Below, in pieces: positions 54,751-64,000 of a stretch of 64,000 bases of DNA. The first letter of the stretch is position 1, and every line of letters starts with the position of its first letter. The notes beneath the pieces are model-generated. The model was not told where the DNA came from. It did not search any database and saw only the letters and a program-made list of their open reading frames with translations. The position numbers were made by a program, and so were the translations under genes. This DNA comes from Pelagomonas calceolata (lineage: Eukaryota): NCBI GenBank assembly GCA_918797485.1, contig CAKKNE010000005.1, positions 5,084,001-5,148,000 of the forward strand, read 5' to 3'.

Positions 54751-55836
54751 CTAGGCCACGCCGTACATCTTCCGCTCCGTCGTACGAGAAACCGCGGCGA
54801 CAATGTCCTCGACTTGCGGTAAAGACATCTTTTCGAGGGGAATGGCGTAGGCCATCGGCACGTCGGCGCCCGTCACGCGCTCCACCGGCGCGTCGAGGTA
54901 GTCGAAGGCGTCCGACTCCATGACGACCGCGCAGATCTCCGCCGCGATGCCGCACTGCGGCCAGCCCTCCTCGACGGCCACGAGGCGATTCGTCTTCTTG
55001 ACGGAGTTGATGATGGCGTCCCGGTCCAACGGTCTCAAGCTTCTTAAATTGAGCACCTCCGCGCTGATCCCTTGCGCTGCTAATTCTTCAGCCGCATCCA
55101 AACAGTAGCCGACCATCTTGCTGAACGTTACTAATGTAACATCAGTACCTTCCCTTTCGATGTGCGCCTTACCTAACGGCAACACGAAATCTTTGGATTG
55201 AGCCTCGTCCGACAGGGGGAAGGACGTGCCATACAATAACTCGTTCTCCAGAAACACGACCGGATTCGGGTCCCGGATCGCGGCCTTGAGCAACCCCTTG
55301 GCGTCCTCGGCGTTGTAGGGCGCCACCACCTTCAACCCGGGGCACTGGCTGAACCAACTCGCGAAGCACTGCGAGTGCTGCGCCGCGACGCCCGCCGCCG
55401 CGCCGTTCGGGCCCCGGAAGACGATCGGCACGTTCATGTCGCCGTTGCTCATGTAGGCCTGCTTCGCCGCGGAGTTGACGATCTGGTCGATCGCCTGCAT
55501 CGCGAAATTGAACGTCATGAACTCGCAGACCGGCTTGAGGTCCTTGTAGGCCGCGCCCGTGCAGATGCCCGCGAAGCCCATCTCCGTGATTGGGGTATCA
55601 ATAACTCTGCGCTCCCCGTATTTCTGAAACAAACCCTTCGTGACCTTGTAGGCGCCCTGGTACTGGGCCACTTCTTCGCCCATCACAAACACGGCGTCGT
55701 CGGCCTCCATTTCTTCGTCCATGGCCATGTTCAGCGCTTCTCTGATCGTGACGTCGACCGAGGCGAAGCGGCGCGCGGCCGTGCCGGGGCGCGCTCGCAG
55801 CGCCGTCGTGCGCGCGGCGCGGAGCAGTGATGCCAT
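54751..55836 (-). CDS. PDHB: Pyruvate dehydrogenase E1 beta subunit, mitochondrial
   Basis: [50 protein letters not shown]; Arg/Ala-rich presequence. Confidence 0.98.
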   Translation of the reverse strand: MASLLRAARTTALRARPGTAARRFASVDVTIREALNMAMDEEMEADDAVFVMGEEVAQYQGAYKVTKGLFQKYGERRVIDTPITEMGFAGICTGAAYKDLKPVCEFMTFNFAMQAIDQIVNSAAKQAYMSNGDMNVPIVFRGPNGAAAGVAAQHSQCFASWFSQCPGLKVVAPYNAEDAKGLLKAAIRDPNPVVFLENELLYGTSFPLSDEAQSKDFVLPLGKAHIEREGTDVTLVTFSKMVGYCLDAAEELAAQGISAEVLNLRSLRPLDRDAIINSVKKTNRLVAVEEGWPQCGIAAEICAVVMESDAFDYLDAPVERVTGADVPMAYAIPLEKMSLPQVEDIVAAVSRTTERKMYGVA

Positions 55837-56172
55837 GGTCAGGGGTCTTCTTTACTTAAGCACAAGGTTTGACTCGTTCCGCTGCAGTTTCGCGGCGACG
55901 AAGCCTTCTTAGCTACAAAAGGAGCTTACGCGACGGTAAATTGATTGCTGCGAGCAACCAGGAACCACAAGGCAGCGCCGCAAAGGCTGAATGGCCGCGA
56001 AGGTGCTTCTAGTGTCTTACCTGAAGTACAGGCCGCTAGCGAAACTTTGCTGCGCACGCGTCTACAAAAACCGTCGCAGAGACTCCTCCAGACGGCCTGA
56101 GGACCCCTGCAATGCGCGAGCATGAAAAAGTTTGAGCAGCAGCCCATTTGAGTGCAGCCTTTGGCGCCGCCC

Positions 56173-57561
56173 ATGCGCCACAGCCGCGGGACCATGGCTC
56201 GTCCCAACACGTGTTTCCTGTACGTTTTCATGGCAACAATCAGGAGCGGTACTGCCAGCTCGTCGCACGCCGCACGCATGGCGTTACTTGGTGCCACAGC
56301 TAGCCATGCTCTGCGCGCCGCGCCGACGCGCGGCACGACCCTCGTCGGCCGCGACTGGCGCATCCCCCAGCTGCGACCGAAACGGCCACCGCCACCGAAG
56401 AACGGCACCCTCGCAACGCTGAGACACACGCTCCTCGCGCCCGTGCGCGCCATCCGCTACTGTTATGAACGGTGGTCGCCCACCTTGACACGAACGGTAA
56501 TCACGTGTTCGTGCGGGTACTGCGCCTGGGTCGCCTACCTCCATGACCGGGACATGAAAAATATGAAGAAGAGCCTGTCGAACTGGAAGGGGGTACCTAC
56601 CGCAACCGTCAAAACCTTAAAACCCGCTTTGCAGCAGACGACGAACGCGGCGTTAGTGGTAGGCAAGAAGACGCGGACGGACTTGGTGCCTGCCTTAGGC
56701 CAGGCCTGGACCGCGGCCGAGCCCTTCGTGCGACGCGCGGGAACTGCCGTCGTCGGCTTGATGGCCGACGGCGCGGCCTTTGCGATTGATGCGATGGAGG
56801 ATTTTCGGGATGCTATTAAAAGGAAGCGCGCCAAGCGCAAGAAGCTGCTGGGGTTGCCGTTTTCCCATCCCGCCCGCAAACAAAGACGGTCGCGCTACGA
56901 TAGAGCCGCGGAGATCAGCGAGAAGATCACGGACGGCGCCGAGATTGCGGGTGCGGTCGCGCTGAACACGTCGAAGGTCGCGACGCGCTGGCTGGGCAAG
57001 GCCGGCAAGGCCGTTGGGAAAGCCGCGGGCGGAGTGGCGGCCATGGCGCGCAACCACACTGTTGCTGACGAAGGTGGGGAGGAGGTCGTCGACGATGAGG
57101 TCGTTGTGGAGGACGAGGACGCGGAGGAGCTTGCGGAGGCGCCGGCCGAGGAGGAGGAGGTGGTGGTCGCACCATCTGCGCCGGAGCCGGAGGTGGCGCC
57201 GCGGCGGCGCGGCCTCTTCCCCTGGCGGCGGCGGCGGCCGCGGGAGGACGATGCCGTCGCGGCGGAGCCCGAGCCCGAGCCCGATGTAGTCGACGAGGAC
57301 GACGACCGGGGTGAGCCCGAGGCCGAGGCCGAGGCTGACGAGGAGGAGGTCGTCGAGGAGGAGGAGTCTGAAGAGGAGGCCGGGGAGATTTACTCCTCGG
57401 ACTCCTCGGCGAGCCTCGCGACGCCGTTCCTCGCGCAGATCCGGGTCCTCAAGGAGATCATCCAGCTCACGACGGCGCCGCCGTCGCCCGCGCCGCCGCC
57501 GGACGCTCCGACGCTGGCCGAGCGGGCGAGTAGCGAGCCCGCCGAGGTATACTTTGTTTGA
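56173..57561 (+). CDS. Hypothetical protein with TM segment and acidic C-terminus (start uncertain)
   Basis: ~460-aa ORF; no family recognised. Confidence 0.6.
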   Translation: MRHSRGTMARPNTCFLYVFMATIRSGTASSSHAARMALLGATASHALRAAPTRGTTLVGRDWRIPQLRPKRPPPPKNGTLATLRHTLLAPVRAIRYCYERWSPTLTRTVITCSCGYCAWVAYLHDRDMKNMKKSLSNWKGVPTATVKTLKPALQQTTNAALVVGKKTRTDLVPALGQAWTAAEPFVRRAGTAVVGLMADGAAFAIDAMEDFRDAIKRKRAKRKKLLGLPFSHPARKQRRSRYDRAAEISEKITDGAEIAGAVALNTSKVATRWLGKAGKAVGKAAGGVAAMARNHTVADEGGEEVVDDEVVVEDEDAEELAEAPAEEEEVVVAPSAPEPEVAPRRRGLFPWRRRRPREDDAVAAEPEPEPDVVDEDDDRGEPEAEAEADEEEVVEEEESEEEAGEIYSSDSSASLATPFLAQIRVLKEIIQLTTAPPSPAPPPDAPTLAERASSEPAEVYFV

Positions 57562-57882
57562 ATTTCCTTTTGCAGAAACGCGCGCCTGAGGGCGGCGAGC
57601 CACTCGCCCATGTCCACGCGGTCGATCGCGGCCAGCTAAAGCTCGTCTCCGTTGGAATTGCGGACGCGGGACGCGTTGCGCACGTTGCGAAAGAAGAGAC
57701 TTGCCGCGCCTCAGGAGGACGCCAACGGAAGCTTTCCACGGCTTACTGAGTTGCTTACTGCCTTCTAGTATGTCGATACGCTAGCACACAGCACCTCTTT
57801 AAATTTTTGTGTGCGTCGAGCGCATGCGCACGCAGCCCTTGCATGGGAGATCGGGAGGCAGCCGAATGCCAACCATGCACCG

Positions 57883-58758
57883 ATGATGCGGCTGCTCGCC
57901 GTCGTCGCACTCACAGCCGCAGAACTCTGCCCGCCCTGCTTCCGCCTGCAAAACGCTCTGCACGGCAACCGCACGCGACAATCATTAAGGTGGCTCCACG
58001 TGCCGAAGACCGGCAGCACGTTCCAGAATACTGTGTTTCATTGGGCCTGCCCCGGCCTGCCCCATCGGGCGGGCTACGGGCCCGGCGCTACTCCAATCCG
58101 GTTCGCCAAGCTCTACGACGGCTCCCAGCTCAACCGGACGTTGTGTGATAGAGATGTCGATCAGACGCTGCCCGGCCACAAGCCAGCATCAATGGACCGC
58201 GTCGACGACACGGTGGCCATGTTCCGGCGGCCGGCGCAGCGTATTCTCTCGGCGTTTAGGGACCGCAAGCACGCCGACGGGTTTCAAGATAGGGACAAGG
58301 CGCCGAACTGGCGCGACTTGAACGCGTCGGGCTACGCGCGGCATCCCGGCATCGCGGGCTGCACCACGAGGATGCTCTTGGGCGCGAAGTGCGCGCACGT
58401 GCACCAGAAGAGCGAGGAGACGGCGCGCGCGACGAACGAGGCCGCGCGCGGCGGCGGCCTGCCCGTCGCCAAGGCGACGGCCGTCGTGCGGCGCCTCGCC
58501 TTTGTGGGTTTGCAGGAGCGCTGGGCCGACTCCATCTGCCTGTTCCACGCCATGCTCGGCGGCGCGCCGCGGAAAATCGAGTTCGTCGTCGCGCACTCGC
58601 GGCGGCGGCGGGGGCGCGACGCGCCGCTCGTGCCCGCCCCCTACGACGAGGGGCGGCTCGACGGTTTTGTTGATGCGGCGGACGAGGCCGTCTACGCCGA
58701 GGCGGCGCGCGTCTTCGAGGCGAACCTGCGGCGGTTCGCGCCGGACTGTGTAAGTTAA
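57883..58758 (+). CDS. Golgi-type sulfotransferase-like protein
   Basis: Signal anchor; WLHVPKTGSTF (5'-PSB), MFRRPAQRILSAF (3'-PB), FVGLQE, DEAVYAEA. Confidence 0.8.
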   Translation: MMRLLAVVALTAAELCPPCFRLQNALHGNRTRQSLRWLHVPKTGSTFQNTVFHWACPGLPHRAGYGPGATPIRFAKLYDGSQLNRTLCDRDVDQTLPGHKPASMDRVDDTVAMFRRPAQRILSAFRDRKHADGFQDRDKAPNWRDLNASGYARHPGIAGCTTRMLLGAKCAHVHQKSEETARATNEAARGGGLPVAKATAVVRRLAFVGLQERWADSICLFHAMLGGAPRKIEFVVAHSRRRRGRDAPLVPAPYDEGRLDGFVDAADEAVYAEAARVFEANLRRFAPDCVS

Positions 58759-58765
58759 GTGTAGT

Positions 58766-59761
58766 TTACCCGTTCACGGCGAGCGCCGCGTCCTTCGGAG
58801 GGCCGCCCCGCGCGAGGTCCCAGCAGTGGCCGCCCGCGCAGGGGAGCGGCGCCAACGCCGGCACCGGAGCCGACTGCGTCCGGCGCCAGTGGTCCCCGCT
58901 CTGCGCGTCCATCCGCCTCGAGGCCCGCGCGTAGAGTTCTTGGTCCAGACTGTTGCGCCGCGCCAAGTCCTCGAGCCGCGGCCGCGCCGCCCGCCAGAAC
59001 TCCGCAGATTCGTAGGAGTCCCGCCGGAACTCCTCAAAAACTTTCTTCCCGCCGCGCCGCCGCCGCGTCCGGACGAAGGACGGCCACTTGCCGCTCACGA
59101 CGCCGGCGACGTGCGAGAAGCACATGACGTCGCCGAGCCAGGCAATTGTCCTAGGGCTCTCGAGCCACTCGGCGATGACGACGCGGTCGAAGCCCTGAAG
59201 TTGGCGGTCCGCCCGTTCCAGCGCGTCCGGGGGCAGCGGGCCGCGCCGGTCGTCGTGGGCCGAGAACAGCTTCGTGTACAGGTTCTCCAGTTCCAACCAT
59301 AACCTAGTCGAGCCGTCGTAGCCGCGCCGCTGCTTCGCCAGCGCCTTCGTCGACCACGCGTCCAAGTCCGCGTTCATTTGGGTGGCGAAATAATGAGCAA
59401 CTACCCTATCGACCGGGTGGCGCAGCACCGTGATGGTAACCCAACGCGATCGCTGGGCGCTCGCCAGTAGGCGTGCGGTCTTCCCATGCCCGAGGGTGGT
59501 GCTCTCGATCCAGGTGATGTTGCCCGTCGGCCATAAAGGATTGAAGACGTTTTTGCCCATGACGTAGCCGGCGCATTGTTTGCAGTACATGTGATAAATG
59601 CCCGCGGGTCGTCGACACGTGGCCGGCGGCGGCGAGCAGACTTTTGAGGGGTCTTTGCCATTGCTCACGTAGCCCTTCAGTGTCAAGCGGAACGCTGCGG
59701 CGCACGTGTTCGTGATGTCGTTCGCGCGAGCGGTGCATAAGATGAGCCAGAAGAGCAGCAT
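58766..59761 (-). CDS. Divergent sulfotransferase-like protein
   Basis: Signal peptide; ITVLRHPVDRVVAHYF (3'-PB), FDRVVIAE, NSLDQELYARA. The 5'-PSB is atypical (HMYCKQCAG). Confidence 0.65.
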   Translation of the reverse strand: MLLFWLILCTARANDITNTCAAAFRLTLKGYVSNGKDPSKVCSPPPATCRRPAGIYHMYCKQCAGYVMGKNVFNPLWPTGNITWIESTTLGHGKTARLLASAQRSRWVTITVLRHPVDRVVAHYFATQMNADLDAWSTKALAKQRRGYDGSTRLWLELENLYTKLFSAHDDRRGPLPPDALERADRQLQGFDRVVIAEWLESPRTIAWLGDVMCFSHVAGVVSGKWPSFVRTRRRRGGKKVFEEFRRDSYESAEFWRAARPRLEDLARRNSLDQELYARASRRMDAQSGDHWRRTQSAPVPALAPLPCAGGHCWDLARGGPPKDAALAVNG

Positions 59762-60049
59762 GCCGCAGTGAGTGCGCATCAAGTTTTTGCGCATCAATAC
59801 GTCGCGTTGGTGGCGTCGTTGTCGAGATCGGTGCAGGTGGGGCAGCTGTACCAAAGTGGATGCTGGAATCGCATCAGTGCTCTGTGGTCGTTTGTTGGGC
59901 CTCGTCGCATCGATGCGCGTGCTGGTGGCCGCAATGCGATGCTTGGCCACGAAATCAAGCGCCGCGTTCACTCGTTTTGCGGCTGCCCCGGCCGCGAACC
60001 CGGCCCAAAACCCGAATAGAAAGGGAGCTACAAGTGACTGCAGCATAAC

Positions 60050-63000
60050 TTATTTCTCGCCGCGCCGCGCGCGCTTAGACGTCGCGTGCACCGCGTTCTC
60101 CTGGTCGAACCGCGCCTTCGCGTATTCGTACCGCGCCGCGTCGTCGTCCAGATCCGGCAGCTTCACGAGCAAGTCCGGGAGGTACTTCTCGCACTCGGCG
60201 CGGATGAAGCCCATCGAGAGGGGGCGGTCGTCGGCGTGCAGGGCCGCGAGGTCGGCCGTCGCGAAGCAGTTGTAGCCCAGCACGAGTTTGCTCGGCCGCA
60301 CCCCCGGCCGCTTCCACACCTGCGTCACGGCGGGCCGCGCCCGCTGGATGTAGTCCGGCGCCATAATGTGCGACCAGCCCTGGGCCTTCAGCTCCGCGCG
60401 CACGTCTTGCGTGTCCCCAAGCGACTCCGGGATCTCGCGCGCGCGCTTCTTCTCGCGTGCATTGGGCGGTTCGTCGTCGTCGCTCGACGGCGGCGGCCGG
60501 GCCTTGGCCTTCTTCTTCTTCTTCCGCGCGGGAGGAGCCGCGACGACGACGCCCGTCGGCCAGAGGTCGTGCGCGTCGGCGTAGACCCAGAGGTCCTCGA
60601 CGCCGAAGTAGTCGACGTTGTGCTCCAGGTCCGTGATCCGCCCCTTCACGCCGGGTCTCAAGTACCAGAAATTGTCCGTGAGGCCCGTGCCCTTGCGCCA
60701 CGTCCAGCCCTCGCTCCGCAGCTTGTGCCACAGCGCGGTCTGGTTCCGCTTCTGCTCTTCGGGAGGCAGGTCCGCCTGCGAGCACGGCACGGGCGCGTCC
60801 TCCTCCTCCTCGTCGGACGAGGGCGCCGCGCGCCGCGCGCGCGGCCGCTTCCGCGGCGCCGGCGCCTCGTCCTCTGACGACGATGACGACGGTGACGGCG
60901 AGGGCGCCCGCCGCGCCCGCCGCGCCGGCGGCGCCTTGGGCACGCTGGGGAGCTTGGGCGCCGCCGGGCTCGCCGCCGTGCAGAGCTCGCTGAGGACGGC
61001 GTGCAGGTCGCCGCGCGCCTTCTGGTCCGTCGACGACCGCCGCGACGCGTCGATGAGGCGCTCGCCCGCGGCCATGAGGCGGTCGCGGTAGCCGTCGAGC
61101 GCGCGCGCCGACGCGGCGTGCGCGGCCTGGACGCCGCGCGCCGCGTCCTGGAGCGACTTCCGGCACTTCTCGAGCGCCGGGCCCGCGTCGTCGGCGGCGG
61201 CGGAAGGCCGCGCGCGACGCTTCTTGCGCGGCGGCGCGTCGCGCTTCGGCGCTGGCTTGCGCGTCTTCGGCGGCGGCGGCGCGGGCGCCGCGTCGTCGTC
61301 GGACGAGGAATCGGCCGCGCGGCGCTTCGGCGCGGGCGCGGGCTTGCGGGCCTTCGGCGGCGGCGCGCGCGGCGACGCGGGCGACTCGTCGTCGTCCGAC
61401 TCCGACGAGGACTCGGCCGCCCGGCGCTTCGGCGTGGGCTTGCGCGCGGGCCGCTTTTTGGGTGAGGGCCGCGCGGGCTGGTGCGACCGCGGCGACCGGC
61501 GCTTGCGCGCGGGCGGCGCCGCCTCGACGTCGGCGCCGTCGTCGAACTCGAACTCGTCGTCGTCGTCGCGCGCGGGCGGCGGCGGCGCGCCCGAGTTGCG
61601 GCGCAGGCGGCCGCCGCCGCCCGAGTCGCGCGGCAGCGCGAAGGCCCGCGACGACCGCGGCGGCGGCGCGCCGCGGCCGAGCCAGGGGCTGATCTTGCGG
61701 CCCGCCGGCGCCTCGTCCTGCTCCGAATCGTCCTCGTCGTCGTCCTCATCATCACTGCTCGCGGGCGGCGGCGGCGCGGGCGGCGCGGCCGCGCCGCGCC
61801 CCACGAGCCAGCTCCCCTCGCGCGGCTGCGACGCGGGCCGTGGTGCCGCCGGCGCCGGCGCCGGCGCCGCGTCGTCGTCCGTGGGCAGGCGGAAGGCCGG
61901 CGAGCGCGGCGGGTAGCCCGACGTCGACGGCTGCGTCAAGGGCGACGGCGGCGGCTGGAGCGGCTCGAAGTAGCGCTCGAAATGTATCAAGACCGCGGCC
62001 TCGTCGAGCTGCGCCGCGTCGCTTCTGATTTTAGATGCGGCCGTGCACTCGCCGCCTTCCAAAAACGTCACCGCGACGACGAGGGGCGACGACCGTTGGC
62101 CGACCATGAGCGTGCAGTCGAAGAAGGTCTGGGCCCCGGGGCCTTGGCGCGCCGCGCCGACGACCCAGACCGGCGACGCTTTGAGCGTGGACCGCTTGAC
62201 GCGCGCGATCGACGTCGGCGAGCCGCTCCCGATCGAGCTGACGGACGGGTGCGACTGGGGCTGGTCCGACGCGCCGCCGAGGGCCACGGCGCAGCAGGGG
62301 AAGCGGTCTCGTAATCTAGCGGCGATTCTCGCGCGGCAGTCCCGGATCGTGGAGGCTTCGGAGCCTCTCTGCGCGAGGTCGTCCGCGAGGATGTCGACGT
62401 CAATGTCGCCCGGCGGGACGTGGATCAGGCGTGCGGGGCCGTCCGTGCGCGCGTCCCTCGCCGCGCCCTCGTCCGGCGGCGGCCAGGCGTCGTCGTTGTC
62501 CTCATCTAACGCGATCGCTCGGTACTGGTCGCTCGCGGACCGGCGCTTCGTCGTGCCCTGGCTCGGCTGCGAGGGCTGCGACGCGAAGGCGAGCTGCGAG
62601 CACGGCTGCGACTCGGCGACTTGCGACGGCTCGGCGACGGACAGCTGCGACGCCGGTGCGTCTGCCGGCGCCGGCGCGGCCGCGGCGGCGTCCCAGTCCT
62701 CCGCCGGCGCCGGCTGGGACTGCGACGCGTCCTTTCGGGGCGGCGCTGCCGCGGGCTCCGGCTGGGACTGCGACGCGTCGTCGTAGAGCACGGTCGCGGT
62801 CGCGGGCGACTTGCCCTGCGCTTTTGCCGGCGCGGGCCGCGGGCTCGCCGCCTGGACCGAGGGCGGCTGGGTCTGGGAGTCGTCGTAGAGCACCGTGGCG
62901 CCGGCCGGCGACGGCACCGCGGGCGCAGGCGCCGCGGCTGCCTCGTCGACGTCCATCGGCGCCGCCGCGCTGCCGGCCGGCGGCCGCGGCTGCGAGTCGA

Positions 63001-63979
63001 CGTCCATCGCGTCGCCGTCGCCAGCCACGCTGCCTTCGCGGGCGGCCGGCGCCGGCGCGGCCGGCGCCGGCCGCGGCTGCGAGTCGTCGTAGAGCGCGGT
63101 CGCGCCGCCCGGCGAATCCGCGGCCGGCGGCTCCGCGACCAGCTCCGGCTGCGTGCCGCCGGCCGTCGCCGCGCGCGACGCGTCCGAGGCCGGCTCCTCC
63201 TCCTCGGCCGGCGGCGGGTCCTGCGTGCGCAGGCGCCCGGCGTCGAGAATCGCGTCTACCGCGTCGGCATCCTCCTCGATCGGGTCGTCCTCGTCCGCCG
63301 CCGGCGGCGCGGCCGGCGCCTCGACCTGCGTCGCCGCGAGCGGGCCATCTTCATCGTCGTCGTCCTCAATGGGGTCGTCCTCGAGCGGGTCGGCGCCCGG
63401 CGGCGCCGCGGGGTCGACCTCCGTCGGCGCCGACTCGTAGGGCGCCGGCGCCGGCGCCGGCGCCGGCGCCCGCGGCTGGCTCGGCTCGACCTCGGTGTCC
63501 TCGTCCTGCGTCAGGTCAATGGGTTCGGGCGGCGCCGTGTCGCCGGCCGTCGCGTGCCGGGACGCGTCCGAGAGCTGGCGCTGGACCGGCGCCGTGGCGA
63601 GGACGTCCCGCAAGGCGTCCGGGGCGGCGGCGGCATCGGCCGGTGTAGTAGCGGGCGGCGGCGGTGTTGATGATTGAGACGTGTAGGAGAAGCGGGGCCG
63701 CGGCGGCGGCGGCCCGGCCGTACCGCTGGGCGTCTGGCGCGGGACGGCGGGCGTCTCCTCCTCCTCCTCTTCCTCGTTGAGCTGCGTCGGGCCCTCGTAG
63801 GCCTCGACGTCGCCGAGGATCTGCGTGCAGTCGACGTGCGCGTCGGCCGTCGTCTTGTCTGGTGGCTGCTCGGTGACCGGGGCGGCGCCGTCGGTCTCCA
63901 TGGCGGCCCGGGCGGTCTTGAAATCCGGCGTTGACGCGGTCTTGAAGCCCGTCGACACCTTCCTGGGTTTCGTCGACAT
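60050..63979 (-). CDS. Large disordered nuclear-type protein with SQ/TQ clusters and two Trp-containing C-terminal modules
   Basis: 1309-aa ORF; many SQ/TQ sites and basic NLS-like runs; LWHKLRSEGWTW...YLRPGV and LKAQGWSH...WKRPGV. Confidence 0.75.
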   Translation of the reverse strand: MSTKPRKVSTGFKTASTPDFKTARAAMETDGAAPVTEQPPDKTTADAHVDCTQILGDVEAYEGPTQLNEEEEEEETPAVPRQTPSGTAGPPPPRPRFSYTSQSSTPPPPATTPADAAAAPDALRDVLATAPVQRQLSDASRHATAGDTAPPEPIDLTQDEDTEVEPSQPRAPAPAPAPAPYESAPTEVDPAAPPGADPLEDDPIEDDDDEDGPLAATQVEAPAAPPAADEDDPIEEDADAVDAILDAGRLRTQDPPPAEEEEPASDASRAATAGGTQPELVAEPPAADSPGGATALYDDSQPRPAPAAPAPAAREGSVAGDGDAMDVDSQPRPPAGSAAAPMDVDEAAAAPAPAVPSPAGATVLYDDSQTQPPSVQAASPRPAPAKAQGKSPATATVLYDDASQSQPEPAAAPPRKDASQSQPAPAEDWDAAAAAPAPADAPASQLSVAEPSQVAESQPCSQLAFASQPSQPSQGTTKRRSASDQYRAIALDEDNDDAWPPPDEGAARDARTDGPARLIHVPPGDIDVDILADDLAQRGSEASTIRDCRARIAARLRDRFPCCAVALGGASDQPQSHPSVSSIGSGSPTSIARVKRSTLKASPVWVVGAARQGPGAQTFFDCTLMVGQRSSPLVVAVTFLEGGECTAASKIRSDAAQLDEAAVLIHFERYFEPLQPPPSPLTQPSTSGYPPRSPAFRLPTDDDAAPAPAPAAPRPASQPREGSWLVGRGAAAPPAPPPPASSDDEDDDEDDSEQDEAPAGRKISPWLGRGAPPPRSSRAFALPRDSGGGGRLRRNSGAPPPPARDDDDEFEFDDGADVEAAPPARKRRSPRSHQPARPSPKKRPARKPTPKRRAAESSSESDDDESPASPRAPPPKARKPAPAPKRRAADSSSDDDAAPAPPPPKTRKPAPKRDAPPRKKRRARPSAAADDAGPALEKCRKSLQDAARGVQAAHAASARALDGYRDRLMAAGERLIDASRRSSTDQKARGDLHAVLSELCTAASPAAPKLPSVPKAPPARRARRAPSPSPSSSSSEDEAPAPRKRPRARRAAPSSDEEEEDAPVPCSQADLPPEEQKRNQTALWHKLRSEGWTWRKGTGLTDNFWYLRPGVKGRITDLEHNVDYFGVEDLWVYADAHDLWPTGVVVAAPPARKKKKKAKARPPPSSDDDEPPNAREKKRAREIPESLGDTQDVRAELKAQGWSHIMAPDYIQRARPAVTQVWKRPGVRPSKLVLGYNCFATADLAALHADDRPLSMGFIRAECEKYLPDLLVKLPDLDDDAARYEYAKARFDQENAVHATSKRARRGEK

Positions 63980-64000
63980 TCACGGCGTCGCGCGCGCACG

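Noticed and set aside
1..64000. Autonomous transposase, tRNA or rRNA genes
   Set aside because: No DDE/hAT, reverse transcriptase or integrase motifs recognised in the ORFs, and no structural RNA recognised by eye; a covariance-model scan was not possible.

Overview
Gene-dense, very GC-rich eukaryotic DNA. The gene set and intron type suggest a pelagophyte alga (Pelagomonas/Aureococcus-like); this is an inference. About 25 protein genes are supported, including a giant coiled-coil protein, a sugar porter, a SHAQKYF MYB, an ALKBH6-like dioxygenase, a desaturase, an Ulp1/SENP protease, RsmH, a DExH helicase, an AP2 factor, PDHB and two sulfotransferase-like genes. Three things stand out that the ORF track misses. 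(1) Eighteen introner elements: short non-autonomous DNA transposons with ~15-bp TIRs (CTGTGTGGAAATCAA...TTGATTTCCACACAG) and 8-bp target-site duplications. Each is predicted to splice out using a GT/GC donor in the TSD and the AG in the TIR. (2) Removing 13 of them joins scattered ORF pieces into one in-frame ~2783-aa gene (43359->33334, minus). It encodes a signal peptide, three 7-bladed FG-GAP propellers, a Pro/Thr stalk, Cys-rich repeats, a multi-pass membrane domain and a cytoplasmic RelA/SpoT-like nucleotidyltransferase domain, i.e. a candidate receptor-coupled nucleotide-messenger synthetase. (3) A CTAG-bounded ~24-bp motif recurs ten times, almost always upstream of genes or in divergent promoters. 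A ~155-bp direct repeat of the receptor's 3' end also brackets a 4-kb accessory block containing a ZUP1/C78-like peptidase fragment. All splice models come from sequence and reading-frame logic only; no transcript evidence was available.
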